In this document: positions 22,520-35,398 of the stretch, one piece after another
Layout of the letters: every line of letters begins with the position of its first letter
Position numbering within the stretch: position 1 is the stretch's first letter
NCBI RefSeq assembly: GCF_001194135.2
Contig: NC_068993.1
Span: forward strand, 46,469,903-46,507,277
Reading direction: 5' to 3'
Source of the DNA: Octopus bimaculoides
Lineage: Eukaryota
DNA: 37,375 nt
Notes under the pieces: generated by a model
Database searches by the model: none
What the model saw: the letters and a program-made list of their open reading frames with translations, nothing else
Told to the model about the DNA's origin: nothing
Program-made: the position numbers and the translations under genes

Positions 22520-25248
22520 TAAACATGTGTATATGTAGTATGTATGCATGTGTATACCTATGATCTATGGTGGAAAAGTAGAATCCAGGCAGGGTTAGAC
22601 ATGCTCTCGAAGGAAATCTCTGTGTTAGACCGAAAAGAGAAAGGGGAGCTTAAAAGCGAACAAAAGTACAGGGTGCTGAAAAGGAAGTACAATATTGAAA
22701 GAAAGGACCTGAAAGTAGGAGTGGAGTGACTGAAATAGCGCCACGTTGCAAAGAAAGCAAAGATGGTAAGATACGACCAAAGAATGAAGGGTTACCACCA
22801 GAATAGGTTATTCAGAGTAGATCAAAAGAGATTCTATAAAGAAATAAATGCAGAGTGTACAGATGAAAAGTTGATATCAGATAACATTGAAAGTCAAAGG
22901 TTTTGGAGTGACATCTGGAGAAAAGACAATGAGCACAAGAAGGATGCTGAATGGTTGCAAGAACTGAAACAAACAGTAGTCTGTTCAAAACAAGCAGAAC
23001 TAGCCATTTCAGTTAGAGAAGTGAAGGAAATCAGCAAAAAAATGAGCAACTGGAAGGCCCCGAGACCAGATGGAGTTCAAGGCTACTGGATCAAAAGATT
23101 TGGTGAATGTCATGCACGAATAGCTGCGCAACTCAACACCTTGTTAAATGCCGACCAACTAACACCAGAGTGGTTGACATTGGGTAGGACAGTGCTGTGC
23201 CTGAAAAACATCGAAACAGGCAATACTGTAGACAATTACAGACCGATATCCTGCTTGCCACTTATGTGGAAGTTATTGACTGGAATACTCGCAGAGTCAA
23301 TGTACGAACATCTGGAAAAAATGGAGTCCTGCCACATGAACAGAAGGGTTGCAAGCGTAATTATAGAGGTAACAAGGATCAACTCCTGATAGAGAAAACT
23401 GTNNNNNNNNNNNNNNNNNNNNNNNNNNNNNNNNNNNNNNNNNNNNNNNNNNNNNNNNNNNNNNNNNNNNNNNNNNNNNNNNNNNNNNNNNNNNNNNNNN
23501 NNNNNNNNNNNNNNNNNNNNNNNNNNNNNNNNNNNNNNNNNNNNNNNNNNNNNNNNNNNNNNNNNNNNNNNNNNNNNNNNNNNNNNNNNNNNNNNNNNNN
23601 NNNNNNNNNNNNNNNNNNNNNNNNNNNTTTGTACTGTGCTTGATAGCACTAACACTGATTCTTAGGAAAGCAAAAGCTGGGTGTGTATTCAAAAGCCACC
23701 AACAAAAAGTCAACTATTTGTTATTCATGGATGATCTCAAACTTTATGGTAAAGATGAAGCCTAAGTCAGTTCTCTCGTGGATACGATGTATAGCTTCAG
23801 TGCTGATATCAGAATGGAGTTCGGATTGAGAAAGTGTGGTGTGTTAGTCCTGAAGAGAAGTAAAATCAAATGTACGGACGGGCTAATGATACCGTCGGGG
23901 GAAGTTATGAAGCAGATAGAAAAGACGGAATTTAAGTACTTGGTGATTTTGGAAATGGATACATTGATGGAGAAAGAAATGATAGAAAAATTTAAGTTAG
24001 AGTACTTGTACAGACTGAGACTGATCCTTAAGTCGAAATTAAACGGACGGAATAAGATCGAAGCTATCAACACCTGGGCGGTTTCACTCCTTAGATATGG
24101 AGCAGGGGTAATCACATGGACAGTAGACGAACTAAACAGCTTAGACAGAATGACAAGGAAGTTGCTAACTAGATATGGGCCACTCCACCCAAAAAATGAC
24201 ACAGACGGACTGTATGTACCAAGAAAAAGAGGGGGAAGATGATTTATTGGATGGGAACACAGCATAAGAGCAGAAGACAACAATATAGCATGGTATGTAA
24301 AAAATGCCACAGAACCGCTATTATTAGAAGCAAGACGGTCAGGCTTGTGTAGTATGAAAGATTGCAAAGATAAAGCATTATACAAGAAATTGAAAACTAA
24401 TGAAACTGAAAATGGGTGGGTAAAGAAAAAAATGCATGGTCAATTTCATAGGGATGTTGAAGATAAGACAGACAGAAAAAAAAGATGGCCGTGGATGACT
24501 AAAAATGATTTAAAACCGGAAATGGAGGCTCTAATCTGTGCTCTCCAAGAGCAAGCACTAAGGATACACTACATAAAATACAGAATAGACAGCACATCGG
24601 AAAGTGATAAGTGCAGAATCTGTGGACAAAACGGTGAAACCGTATGGCATATTACCAGCCAATGTACTCCACTAGCCCAGAAGGAATATAAGAGACTCCA
24701 CGACAATATAGCCAAGGTTGTCCATTGGACACTTTGCAACAACTATGGACTTCACATAGCAAAAAATTGGTTCGATCACAAACCTGAAGGCATCGTTGAA
24801 AATAGAAATGCAAAGATCCTATGGGATTTTATGATTCAGTGCTACCTATAGGAAGCCGGACATAGTCTTAATTGAGAAAGAAAACAAACTATGCCGCGTC
24901 ATAGATATAGCAGTCCCAGCTAACAACAAGGTATGCGATAAGGCAGAAAGAAAAATTGCGATATATGACAGGTTAGCTTGGGAAGTTAAGCAGTTGTGGT
25001 TGGTGAAATAGGTAGCAGTAGTACCAATAATTGTCGGAGCCCTGGGAACAGTGAGCTAAAATCTCGAGAAGTACGTGGAACAAATAGTCGTTGTAATAAG
25101 GGTGGATCACTTGCAGAAAACAACACTGCTTGGAACCGCTCGAATACTCCGGAAGGTGCTCGAAAAATAAGAAGCGTTACCTTAGTTCACTGGTAGTGAA
25201 CAGCTGACACCGTAGTACATATCCAGCGTTAAAGGCTGTGCAAAGGCA
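22520..25248 (+). mobile_element. Long RLE-type (R4/Dong-like) LINE, pseudogenised, interrupted by an assembly gap
   Basis: WKAPRPDGVQGYWIK, NYRPISCLPLMWKLLTG, EQKGCKR..RGNKDQLLI, LLFMDDLKLYG (RT), CRICGQ..ETVWHITSQC, HDNIAKVVHW, KPDIVL..VIDIAVP. (TAA)n tail at about 25250-25337. Confidence 0.92.
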
Positions 25249-25249
25249 A

Positions 25250-25251
25250 TG

Positions 25252-25337
<86 letters not shown>
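25250..25337. repeat. (AAT)n LINE tail
   Basis: Direct inspection. Confidence 0.97.
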
Positions 25338-25338
<1 letters not shown>

Positions 25339-25344
25339 TCTTTC

Positions 25345-25520
25345 TTTACCTTTTTCTTTCTCACATGACTTTCTAAATAAACAACCTGGTATCTTTATTT
25401 TAATGTCTTACCAATGTATATAGTGCGTTTCTCTGCCCTAGTTGTCAGGAAGACACTTGGCAAGAAAAGGAAACAGAATTGAAAGAAGATGATAATGAAA
25501 AAAAATGATAATAATAATAA
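25345..25520 (+). mobile_element. 3' UTR stub related to the 18450-18970 LINE, ending in (TAA)n
   Basis: tctctgccctagttgtcaggaagacact...gaaagaaga resembles tctctgccctaggtgtacggaaaacact...gaagaaagaaga at about 18885-18950. Confidence 0.55.
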
Positions 25521-25639
25521 TCATTCTTTCAGCTACAGGCTCAGTGCCTGAAATATACTTAAGTATATAATTTCCCCTTATGATGTTGATATTAAAGATC
25601 TCAAGCACCTGTACTACGCATCGGCAAAAATCTCAACGA

Positions 25640-27597
25640 TTCTATGTGGTGAAAGGATTAGAAAACGACAACATTCCCACAGAAAGCCAACACCAAATTC
25701 AGCTACTTAGGACTGGCATAGAATATTTTAAAAACCCTAAGTTTGACAAGACTACCAAATCAACAAAAATCCGAATATTAAAGAAAAAATATATGAAAAC
25801 CACATTTGACATCAATACCATCATAGAAACTATCAAGCAAAAGGTATGTGCTAAAGCTACCCGCATAGCAAGGTATGAAAACTACGTTAGATACTCCAAG
25901 GACAACAGCATGTTCAAAAATAACCCCAAAAGTTTTTGCAGGAAGATAGGAAAAATACCAAAATGTCTACTGCATCAAAAGAAGAAATACATGAATTGTG
26001 GAATAAAATTTGGGCAGAAGAAAAAACACACAATCAAAGAGACCCTTGGATTGATAGAATATCTACAGACTTAGACTCCTTAGAAAAGCAAAAGTGGGAG
26101 GGTATCAAGGTAGATGATGTAAGATCTGCTCTCAGGAAGTCAAGCAAATGGAAGTCTCCAGGGAAGGATAAAATTCCTAACTTCTGGTTGAATACCTTCC
26201 TAGAGAGCCATGAACTGCTAACAAAACTTAACAACAATGGTTTGCAACAACCTAGTATGATTCCCACTTAGCTAGTTAATGGTATAACATTCCGACTTCC
26301 AAAACATGAAGAAACAAATAAACCAAAAAATTATAGACCCATAACCAGCTTAACAACAATGTATAAAATACTAACATCTGTCTTCACTGGATATACCTAT
26401 AGTTTTTTATGGAAAATGGCATATTCCCTAATGAGCAAAAAGGATGTAAACGTGAGTCCTATGGTTGTAAAGATGAGCTGCTCATCAATAAGGTGGTCTT
26501 GGAAGATTGTCACAAACGACCCAAAAAGTTGTCGATTGCCTGGATAGACTATAAAAAGTTTTTGATAGTCTACCACACATCTGGATTAAGAAACGTCTGA
26601 AAATGTATACAATAGCACCCACTCTGCAGAACTTCTTGTCTGCAAGTATGAGATCATGGAGAATCACACAGACTTTGAAGAGTGACAATGAATCTCTTAA
26701 TGCTTGAGATGTAAGAATTTTATGTGGCATTTTCCAGAGTGACTCTCTATCACCACTCTTCTTTTGTATAGCCTTAATGCCTCTCTAAATTACTCAATGA
26801 TGTACAATACGGTTATAAAATGTTTGATAAAAAAATATAAATCATCTCATTTACATGGATGATTTAAAGCTCCTTGCAAGAAGTGACCAAGAGTTACAAG
26901 GTTTACTAGCGACTGTGAAACAATTCAATGGTGACATCAGGATGCAATTTGGCCTCGATAAATATGCAAAGGCTACTTTTATCGAAATAAAAATGACAGA
27001 AACATCTGCAGTTAATCTTGACCAGCAGTATATCATAAAGGAGTTAGAACCAGCGGAGAGCTACAAATACCTAAGGGTATTTGAAGGGGACGGAATCAAA
27101 CATTCAGTGATGAGGGAAACGATCAGAAGAGAATGTTATCGCAGGGCAAGGGTAATACTTAGGACAGAGTTGAATGCAAGAAACAGGATCGAAGCGATCA
27201 ATATTTTAGCCATACTGGTCGTAACTTACTGTTTCAATATCATTAACTGGTCAATTATTGAAATATGTAATCTTGACAGAAAATACGAAAATTGTAGATA
27301 ATGTATAGAATGCATTATCGAGAGGGTGGCCGTGGACTTTTACAACTGGAATTAACAATGAACATTGCCACAATTGGCCTAGACACCTACCAGAAATACT
27401 CTGATGACTGGGTGTTAAAATTTGTCTCAAAACATGAAAACAAGAAAGCATCATACTCAGTAACAAAACAGGCAAAGGAATATCTAAGTAAATTCCAGAT
27501 ACAACAAATTCCAGAATCAGACGTACTAGAAACAAGCACAGACAAAGCTAAACGTATGAAAACCCGTGCTAAAACTGCTGCCTTAGAGTTTCTTTGA
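25640..27597 (+). mobile_element. Second, distinct RLE-type LINE family; RT region, 3' truncated and pseudogenised
   Basis: KWKSPGKDKIPNFWLN, NYRPITSLTTMYKILTS, EQKGCKRESYGCKDELLINK, HLIYMDDLKLLARS, ELNARNRIEAIN; many frameshifts. Confidence 0.9.
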
Positions 27598-27749
27598 AAG
27601 TGTGCTTTAAAATATAAAGTTTAGATTTAAGGTTTTTTAAACGGAAGAATAAAATATGTTAATAAAATCAGTGTCAATATTTTCTAAATACAATATGATT
27701 ATTGGCCTACACTTCCAGAAAAGGTATTCTGCTTCATGGGACAAAGGAT

Positions 27750-28512
27750 NNNNNNNNNNNNNNNNNNNNNNNNNNNNNNNNNNNNNNNNNNNNNNNNNNN
27801 NNNNNNNNNNNNNNNNNNNNNNNNNNNNNNNNNNNNNNNNNNNNNNNNNNNNNNNNNNNNNNNNNNNNNNNNNNNNNNNNNNNNNNNNNNNNNNNNNNNN
27901 NNNNNNNNNNNNNNNNNNNNNNNNNNNNNNNNNNNNNNNNNNNNNNNNNNNNNNNNNNNNNNNNNNNNNNNNNNNNNNNNNNNNNNNNNNNNNNNNNNNN
28001 NNNNNNNNNNNNNNNNNNNNNNNNNNNNNNNNNNNNNNNNNNNNNNNNNNNNNNNNNNNNNNNNNNNNNNNNNNNNNNNNNNNNNNNNNNNNNNNNNNNN
28101 NNNNNNNNNNNNNNNNNNNNNNNNNNNNNNNNNNNNNNNNNNNNNNNNNNNNNNNNNNNNNNNNNNNNNNNNNNNNNNNNNNNNNNNNNNNNNNNNNNNN
28201 NNNNNNNNNNNNNNNNNNNNNNNNNNNNNNNNNNNNNNNNNNNNNNNNNNNNNNNNNNNNNNNNNNNNNNNNNNNNNNNNNNNNNNNNNNNNNNNNNNNN
28301 NNNNNNNNNNNNNNNNNNNNNNNNNNNNNNNNNNNNNNNNNNNNNNNNNNNNNNNNNNNNNNNNNNNNNNNNNNNNNNNNNNNNNNNNNNNNNNNNNNNN
28401 NNNNNNNNNNNNNNNNNNNNNNNNNNNNNNNNNNNNNNNNNNNNNNNNNNNNNNNNNNNNNNNNNNNNNNNNNNNNNNNNNNNNNNNNNNNNNNNNNNNN
28501 NNNNNNNNNNNN
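27750..28512. other. Assembly gap (largest of several N runs; others near 12784, 16452, 23403, 32066, 34447, 36101)
   Basis: Run of N. Confidence 0.99.
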
Positions 28513-28537
28513 CTAAATCAAGAAAATTCAAACTTAC

Positions 28538-28571
28538 CTATAAATATATACTGAAATAGGAGTGCAGCCAT
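28538..28571 (-). CDS. Host gene exon 1 (start of signal peptide, MAALLFQYIFI+G)
   Basis: Minus strand ATG GCT GCA CTC CTA TTT CAG TAT ATA TTT ATA G|GTAAGT. Strong donor; phase 1 matches exon 2 (G+TT=Val) and gives the continuous signal peptide MAALLFQYIFIVTFLLCIPICHG. It is 19.4 kb from exon 2, so the link is inferred. Confidence 0.75.
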
Positions 28572-29595
28572 TTCTGATAGTTTTTTGATTTGGGTTTTTC
28601 TTTTTACAAAGTAATACTAAGAATTTTCACCTAACCAGGAAAATATTTTCTATTTTTGTTTTTTTTTTCCTGTATTATGGAGCGAGTCTATAGCTGCCGC
28701 TTCTCCGTTATGCTCTTGTCTCAGGTTAGATTTTGTTTCACACTGAAAATTCAGGTTCAGTCTATTGCTATATCTAATTAGTAAAACCAGTTCATCTATT
28801 TCTGTTCCCAGGAGGACATATAACTCACATTCACAAAAGATTGAGTATTCAAAGTGAAATTCAAGGACACGTTCACACGCGTAACAACAACAACAACAAC
28901 AAAACAAAACTATACATACAGGCAGCTCTAATATGAGGTTTATTGAATATATTGAACCAATATAACAGGATGAAGTATAAAGAAATGTTCTGTGATTAAA
29001 TGCAAGACATAGGCTGTCTGCATATATAATGTATGATGTGGTGATTTTCATACATGCGTACCACACACACGTGTTTGTTTTTACGTTATAATAAAACTGT
29101 TTTACATTAATTTCAAGGATTACTCATTACAAATGTATTATTCTTTCATAAGTTTCGGTCAGCTATCGAACGTCTCAAGTTTAAGAATGAAAATAACAGA
29201 ATCAACGATACAGGCGACAGCAGGCCCCAAAATAGCACTTAAATAGCCGAGGGATTATAATTAATCAAAGGACATACTAAGTATGTCTACCTCCTTGAAA
29301 TAACAGTCAAAACTCGTTATTAAATCGCCAAAAATACACTGGTGATTACTACAGAAATCAAACGATAGCAAAATTGGTTAAGACAATCTACTTACATACA
29401 TTTAAGTATATGGATTTACGTGGACTAGCTTCTGCATTGGCATTAATGTGCCTTAGCTTCCTCTGCACGCATCACCACAAAAGCGATTCTCAACCTATAC
29501 TTCCGAAATCTGTGCCGCTACTGATTCGTTTCGCGCCGAAATCAAAGCAGCTTCCCAGTGTAACATAATCTCGTTGCCGAATTTACACACATATA

Positions 29596-30850
29596 TTGGG
29601 TCCTCCCATAAATAATGTGGTCTTTTCAATTGCATGAGGTAAAATGTCGGAGACGGGCGGGATAAACCATCTGCAACAATTTGCTATACAATCAAACAGC
29701 AATTTTACCTCCTTATTCTTCATGTAGTTTTAAAGAGCGCAGTTTGATTTTAACAGTTATTTTTTTCAAAGCTATAATGGAATGACAAAGGAGCATATTC
29801 GGCATATTTTGCTTTATGAGTTCAATAAAGGCAACAACGTAACGGAAAGTGCCAGGAATATTAATGCAATATATGGAGATGGAACAAAAAACGTAAGCCA
29901 GTGTCAACGGTGGTTCCATAAATTCCGAGCCGGAAACTACAACCTAGAAGACGAGCCTCGTCCTGGAAGATCTGTAGAGCTCAACGAGGACGTCCTGCAA
30001 ACTCTGGTGGAACAAAATCTCATTGTAACTGTTGAGGAACTAGCAGAGAAGCTTGGATTTGGTCATTCAACCATTCATCGACACCTGCATGCCATTGGAA
30101 AAGTCAGAAAATTAGGTCAATAGATTCCTCACAAACTTTCCGAGTCTAATCACGCGCAGCGGATGAATGTGTATTCTTCTTTGCTGTCATGTCACACGAA
30201 TGAACCATTTTGGACCGTAGCGAGAAATAGGTTCTCTATAAAAATGTGAAGTGCCGAAGACAGTGGGTAGGGAAAGGAGAGACACTAGAACCCCGGGCTA
30301 AAGGTTCTCAACCACGTAAGGTGTTGTTATCTGTTTGGTGGGATATGAAAGGGTTAGTCCACTTTGAACTTTTAAAACCCAAACCAAACGATAACAAAGG
30401 AGTTCTACTGCGAGAAGCTTGATCGGCTTAGTGAGCGCTAGAAGAAAAACGACCAGCTTTGGTTTCAAGACGAAAGGTGTTCTTCTATCAGGATAATACT
30501 CGGCCACATACATCGAGGATGACATTCCAAAGGCTGGAACAGTTTGAATGGGAAGCGATGCCCCACCCAACATATTCGCCGGACATTGCTTCATCTGATT
30601 ATCATTTATTTCAAAATCATATAGATGGAAACAATATGAACTGTAGACGAGGTCAGAGCAGTACTGGACGAATATTTTTCGTCACGGACAAGTGAATTTT
30701 GGAAGAGGGGTCTTGCAAATCTACCAAATAGATGGAAGAGCATAGCAGAAAATGAAGGAGAGTATATTTTAGATTACAAAAGAACTTTGTTCATATTAAT
30801 TTTGAAAAATAAAAGTATTAAAAAACGCGTTATTTTGGGGATGATCCCAA
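29596..30850 (+). mobile_element. Full-length but inactivated mariner DNA transposon (~1.25 kb)
   Basis: Imperfect TIRs TTGGGTCCTCCCATAAATAATG / CGTTATTTTGGGGATGATCCCAA with flanking TA. Transposase from ATG 29782 (HTH, WFHKFRAG..LEDEPRPGR, *IPHKL for WVPHEL, YSPDIASSDYHLF) carries stops and frameshifts. Confidence 0.93.
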
Positions 30851-30854
30851 TATA

Positions 30855-31076
30855 TATGAGGATTACTGAAAAGTTATTGGCTTTGGATGAAAGAAAATAC
30901 AGGTGGATCAGTTAATTATGACTTTTTTCAACATATGTCCCCGCTCTCAGATTCACACACTGACTGCAGCGGTACTTCAGTTTTTCTAAGCCCTGTAAAA
31001 GTACTTGAAAGTTTGAGCCTCCAACCAGGCCATTAAAGCCACTCCTAAAGCCAGGAACTTTTCAGCACCCCTCGTA
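30855..31076 (+). mobile_element. ~220-bp mariner-type MITE, copy 1
   Basis: TA-TGAGGattaCTGAAAAGTT ... AACTTTTCAGcaccCCTCG-TA inverted ends; internal sequence shared with other copies in the window. Confidence 0.85.
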
Positions 31077-31135
31077 CATCAATGCACACATACACACGCA
31101 CTCACACATATACATACGCACGCACACACACACGC

Positions 31136-31240
31136 ATGGATGGATGGATGGATGGATGGATGGCTGGATGGATGGATGGATGGATGGATGGATGGATGGA
31201 TGGATGGACGGATGGTTGGATGAATGGATGGTTGGATTGA
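31136..31240. repeat. (GGAT)n tetranucleotide microsatellite
   Basis: Direct inspection. Confidence 0.96.
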
Positions 31241-31477
31241 TCTATGCAATTTATGCATGCATGTATGTATATATGTATGTATTGTTTAAGAAAGATCAGT
31301 TAGATTTAGCCCATGCAACTTAAAGTCTCGTAGGCTGGGTACAGTAACCACGCTCGTGAGGTACAGCTGATTGAGCTAATTTTCTGAGACTGAAGAGCAA
31401 GGTTCTTGTACCGAGCCTACGAAATGTTTAGTTGCATGTGGCCGAATCAAAGTTTTTTTTTTTTTTAATAATACATG

Positions 31478-31780
31478 TAGGCGCAGGAGTGGCTGTGTGG
31501 TAAGTAGCTTGCTTACCAACCACATGGTTCCGGGTTCAGTCCCACTGCGTGGCACTTTGGGCAAGTGTCTTCTACTATAGCCTCGGGCCGACCAAAGCCT
31601 TGTGAGTAGATTTCGTAGACGGAAACTGAAAGAAGCCCATCGTATATATGCATATGTGTGATTCTGTGTCTGTGTCTGTGTTTGTCCCTCCAACAACCGA
31701 TGCTGGTGTGTTTATATCCCCGTTACTTAGCGGTTCGGCAAAAAAGACCGATAGAATAAGTACTAGGCTTACAAAGAATA
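31478..31780 (+). mobile_element. SINE family 1, near full length
   Basis: Same consensus plus tail ccccgttacttagcggttcggcaaaaaagaccgatagaataagtac. Confidence 0.85.
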
Positions 31781-31906
31781 AGAATAAAAGAATAAATTAT
31801 TTGATCGTCAGAGAAATTCGTTTGTCTTTTTTTTTTGTTTTTCCATTTATTTCAATCCTTTCCAATGTTATTTGAATCAAAACGAATTTACCCAACGACA
31901 AAATAC

Positions 31907-32065
31907 AACAGGGAGCGCTGAAAAGTTCCTGGATTTGGATTTAAAAAATAATAAAAGAAGCACAGGATGATCAGATTCACACGCTTATTGCAGCAGTCCT
32001 TCAATTTTTCTAAGCCTTCTAAAAGAACTCGGATGGTTGGATCTCCAGCCAGGTCTTTCATGATA
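31907..32065 (+). mobile_element. Same MITE family, truncated by a gap
   Basis: gggagcgctgaaaagttcctggatttgg...cagattcacacg...ttctaagcc. Confidence 0.7.
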
Positions 32066-32739
32066 NNNNNNNNNNNNNNNNNNNNNNNNNNNNNNNNNNN
32101 NNNNNNNNNNNNNNNNNNNNNNNNNNNNNNNNNNNNNNNNNNNNNNNNNNNNNNNNNNNNNNNNNNNNNNNNNNNNNNNNNNNNNNNNNNNNNNNNNNNN
32201 NNNNNNNNNNNNNNNNNNNNNNNNNNNNNNNNNNNNNNNNNNNNNNNNNNNNNNNNNNNNNNNNNNNNNNNNNNNNNNNNNNNNNNNNNNNNNNNNNNNN
32301 NNNNNNNNNNNNNNNNNNNNNNNNNNNNNNNNNNNNNNNNNNNNNNNNNNNNNNNNNNNNNNNNNNNNNNNNNNNNNNNNNNNNNNNNNNNNNNNNNNNN
32401 NNNNNNNNNNNNNNNNNNNNNNNNNNNNNNNNNNNNNNNNNNNNNNNNNNNNNNNNNNNNNNNNNNNNNNNNNNNNNNNNNNNNNNNNNNNNNNNNNNNN
32501 NNNNNNNNNNNNNNNNNNNNNNNNNNNNNNNNNNNNNNNNNNNNNNNNNNNNNNNNNNNNNNNNNNNNNNNNNNNNNNNNNNNNNNNNNNNNNNNNNNNN
32601 NNNNNNNNNNNNNNNNNNNNNNNNNNNNNNNNNNNNNNNNNNNNNNNNNNNNNNNNNNNNNNNNNNNNNNNNNNNNNNNNNNNNNNNNNNNNNNNNNNNN
32701 NNNNNNNNNNNNNNNNNNNNNNNNNNATATATATATATA

Positions 32740-32964
32740 TACGAGGGAGGTAAGGAAAAGTTCCTGTTTTGGGTAAAGGAAGATACAGGAGGATCAGTTA
32801 ATTATGATTCTATTCAACATATTTCCCTCTGATTCACACACTTCAGCCGTCCTTCAGTTTGTCAGTTTTCACTTTTTCTGTGAAAAAGACTCGGACGGCT
32901 GGATATCCAACCAGGCCTTTCGCGACGCCCTTAAAGCCATGAACTTATCAGTACCCGCCTCGTG
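32740..32964 (+). mobile_element. Same MITE family
   Basis: TACGAGGG...GAAAAGTTCCTG ... GAACTTATCAGTACCCGCCTCG. Confidence 0.8.
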
Positions 32965-33491
32965 TAACGAGCATTCGTATTTTGATATTTTTTTTTTATC
33001 TACGGTTGATAGGGTGAGAATTACATTATAGTTGTTATTTACAAGTGTAAACTGTTATTACAAGTATAAGTTGTTATTATAAGTGTAAATAAGCTGCTCT
33101 AGCAGGTTATTTGAAATTTAATTGATAATTATTATTCAACTAATGACTGTGCAGTTAATATCTAGATTTGGAGGTGGTGCCGGAGGTGACCGCGGTAGCA
33201 GCGACGGTGTGGCGGTGGAAGAAACGGCGGCGGCGGTGGTGGTGGTGGTGGTGGTGACGGTGTTCGTAATGGCTATGGCGTGGGCTGAGGCTGGTACCAG
33301 TGCTGGTGATAGTGCTGGTGATGGTGGTGATGTTTTATTGAATTATTGCTGAAATATTGACAGCTGTGGAGCTGAAGTCATTGGTGGTCTTTTTGCTTTG
33401 TTTTTTATTTATTTTATTCTATTTTATTTTGACAAATGACGCATTAGCCGACACCGTCATTCTTGTTTGTATTCTATATTACTGACCTTGA

Positions 33492-33790
33492 AGAGGTGTG
33501 GCGTAGTGGTTAAGGTAATCGGCTCATGATCCTAAGATCCTGAGTTCGATTCTCGTTGGCATGTAATGTCCTTGAGCAAGACACTTTATTTCACGTTTCT
33601 CCAGTCCACTCATCTGGCAAAAATAAGTCGTACATATATTTCAAAGACCCAGCCTTGTCACATTCTGTGTCACGTTAAATCTCCCTGGGCACTACGTTAA
33701 GGGTACACATGTCCGTGGAGTCCTCAGTCACTTGCACGTTAATTGCACAAGCAAGCCGTTGTGTTGATCGAATCAACCAGAATCCTTGTG
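33492..33790 (+). mobile_element. tRNA-derived SINE sharing the family 3 3' domain
   Basis: A box TGGCGTAGTGG, B box GAGTTCGATTC; ccagccttgtcaca...ctacgttaagggtac...cacttgcacgttaat matches the 8367-8560 reverse complement. Confidence 0.78.
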
Positions 33791-34129
33791 CCATTTTGCT
33801 GACAGTGGTGACACTGTATAACTGACGAGATCTTCCTTGGCATGCTATATCAGACCTCAGTATCCTTCTCGGGCATACACCTTATGAAGAAGTGTTTGGC
33901 AACAAAATGATGGAGAATATTTTCGAATCCTATAATTGTCATATATCGTATTTCATGACATATAAAACGAAAATTTTCTCAAAACATTATTTCGGTTTGC
34001 AGCCCAATCCTGTCCCATAAGCTACGGTTTCTTTGTGTGTGTATGTGTGTGTGTGTGTGTGGGGGGGGTACTCATCACTATAGGCCAGATTTAATCCAGA
34101 AAGTCTCTTCTGCCTAATCTGATTCCATA

Positions 34130-34320
34130 ATAATAATAATCCTTTCTACTAAAGGCAGAAGGCCTAAAATATGGATGGGGAGGACTAGTCAATTACATCA
34201 ACCGCAGTACTTGACTTATATTTATTTTATCGACTCCGAAAGGATGAAAAGCAAAGTCGAACTCAGCGGAATATGAACTCAGTGTGTGAAGACAGACGAA
34301 ATACCGCTAAGCATTTATGC
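34130..34320 (-). mobile_element. SINE family 2 with (ATT)n tail
   Basis: Reverse complement of the family 2 core and tail (aaggatgaaaagcaaagtcgaactc...). Confidence 0.75.
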
Positions 34321-34980
34321 TTTATTGAATTCTTAGATTAGTATTTACATCATGTATTTTTTTCTGGATGGTGTCATTGGGGTCTTTCATTGTCTGAATT
34401 GTCTGAATTGTATAATGGTGGTTCTTCTCTAAATTATATATATATANNNNNNNNNNNNNNNNNNNNNNNNNNNNNNNNNNNNNNNNNNNNNNNNNNNNNN
34501 NNNNNNNNNNNNNNNNTACAGATATTTTGAGATGGAGTGCCGTTGGAAAACAGTTTATAGCAGAGATTCCATTTATTCTTTACAAAACATATATATATAT
34601 AGTAAGAAAAAAGGAGGAGAATTTTGATTATCCCCACGTAGTGAGTTGTAATGCAAAACATATAGAGAAGAATATTGTAGTTCGCTTGAAGCATTGTGTA
34701 TTGTTTGTAAAGAATAAAAAGTTTTGAATGATACAAAAATGCACTATAATACAAAAAATGGACTATATACCTGTTGTAATTTAGTTATCTATAGTCCGAT
34801 GATATTTCGGAATACAATTCCTTCTACAGATATTTTGAGATGGAGTGCCGTTGGAAAACAGTTTATAGCAGAGATTCCATTTATTCTTTACAAAACATAT
34901 ATATATATAAAATAAAAGGAAAATGAACACAGTTTTAATATATTTTTAAATACATTTTATAAGCGAAAGAGTATTGAACT

Positions 34981-35013
34981 TGTCAACTGGTTTCGCTTTC
35001 GCTAATCATGACA
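34981..35013 (-). ncRNA. Very small hammerhead-like motif, A3-U8 core variant
   Basis: TGTC ATGATTA GC GAAA GC GAAA CCAG TT GACA. Confidence 0.5.
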
Positions 35014-35159
35014 TTGAAATTATTGTAATTTTGTTTTAAGAAAACAGAAAAGGCGACAAACACTATACTTTTTCACTAATAAAATATATTAAAACTATGT
35101 AAACTATGTCCATTTTCTTTTTTTTATAGATATATAGATATATATTCTCTTTTCTTTTT

Positions 35160-35361
35160 ACTCTTTTACTTGTTTCAGTTATTTGATTGCGGCCATGCTG
35201 GAGAACTGCTTTTAGTCGAGCAAATCGACCCCGGGACTTATTCTTTGTAAGACTAGTGCTTATTCCATCGGTCTCTTTTGCCGAACCGCTAAGTTACGGG
35301 GACACAAATACACCACCATCGGTTGTCAAGCAATGCTAGGGGGACAAACACAGACACACAA

Positions 35362-35398
<37 letters not shown>

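Noticed and set aside
27656-28559. Longest ORFs in the track (265-286 aa), also at 16232-16904, 23197-23713, 31967-32776 and 35962-36426
   Set aside because: They are open only because they run through N gaps.
33160-33350. Gly/Ala/Val-rich 76-aa ORF (also 5720-5755)
   Set aside because: Decayed (GGT)n/(GGC)n low-complexity tract without splice or domain support.
34517-34908. Exact ~83-bp duplication (34517-34599 and 34826-34908)
   Set aside because: The first copy starts exactly at a gap edge, so it is most likely an assembly or scaffolding artefact; long reads are needed to exclude a real ~310-bp tandem repeat.
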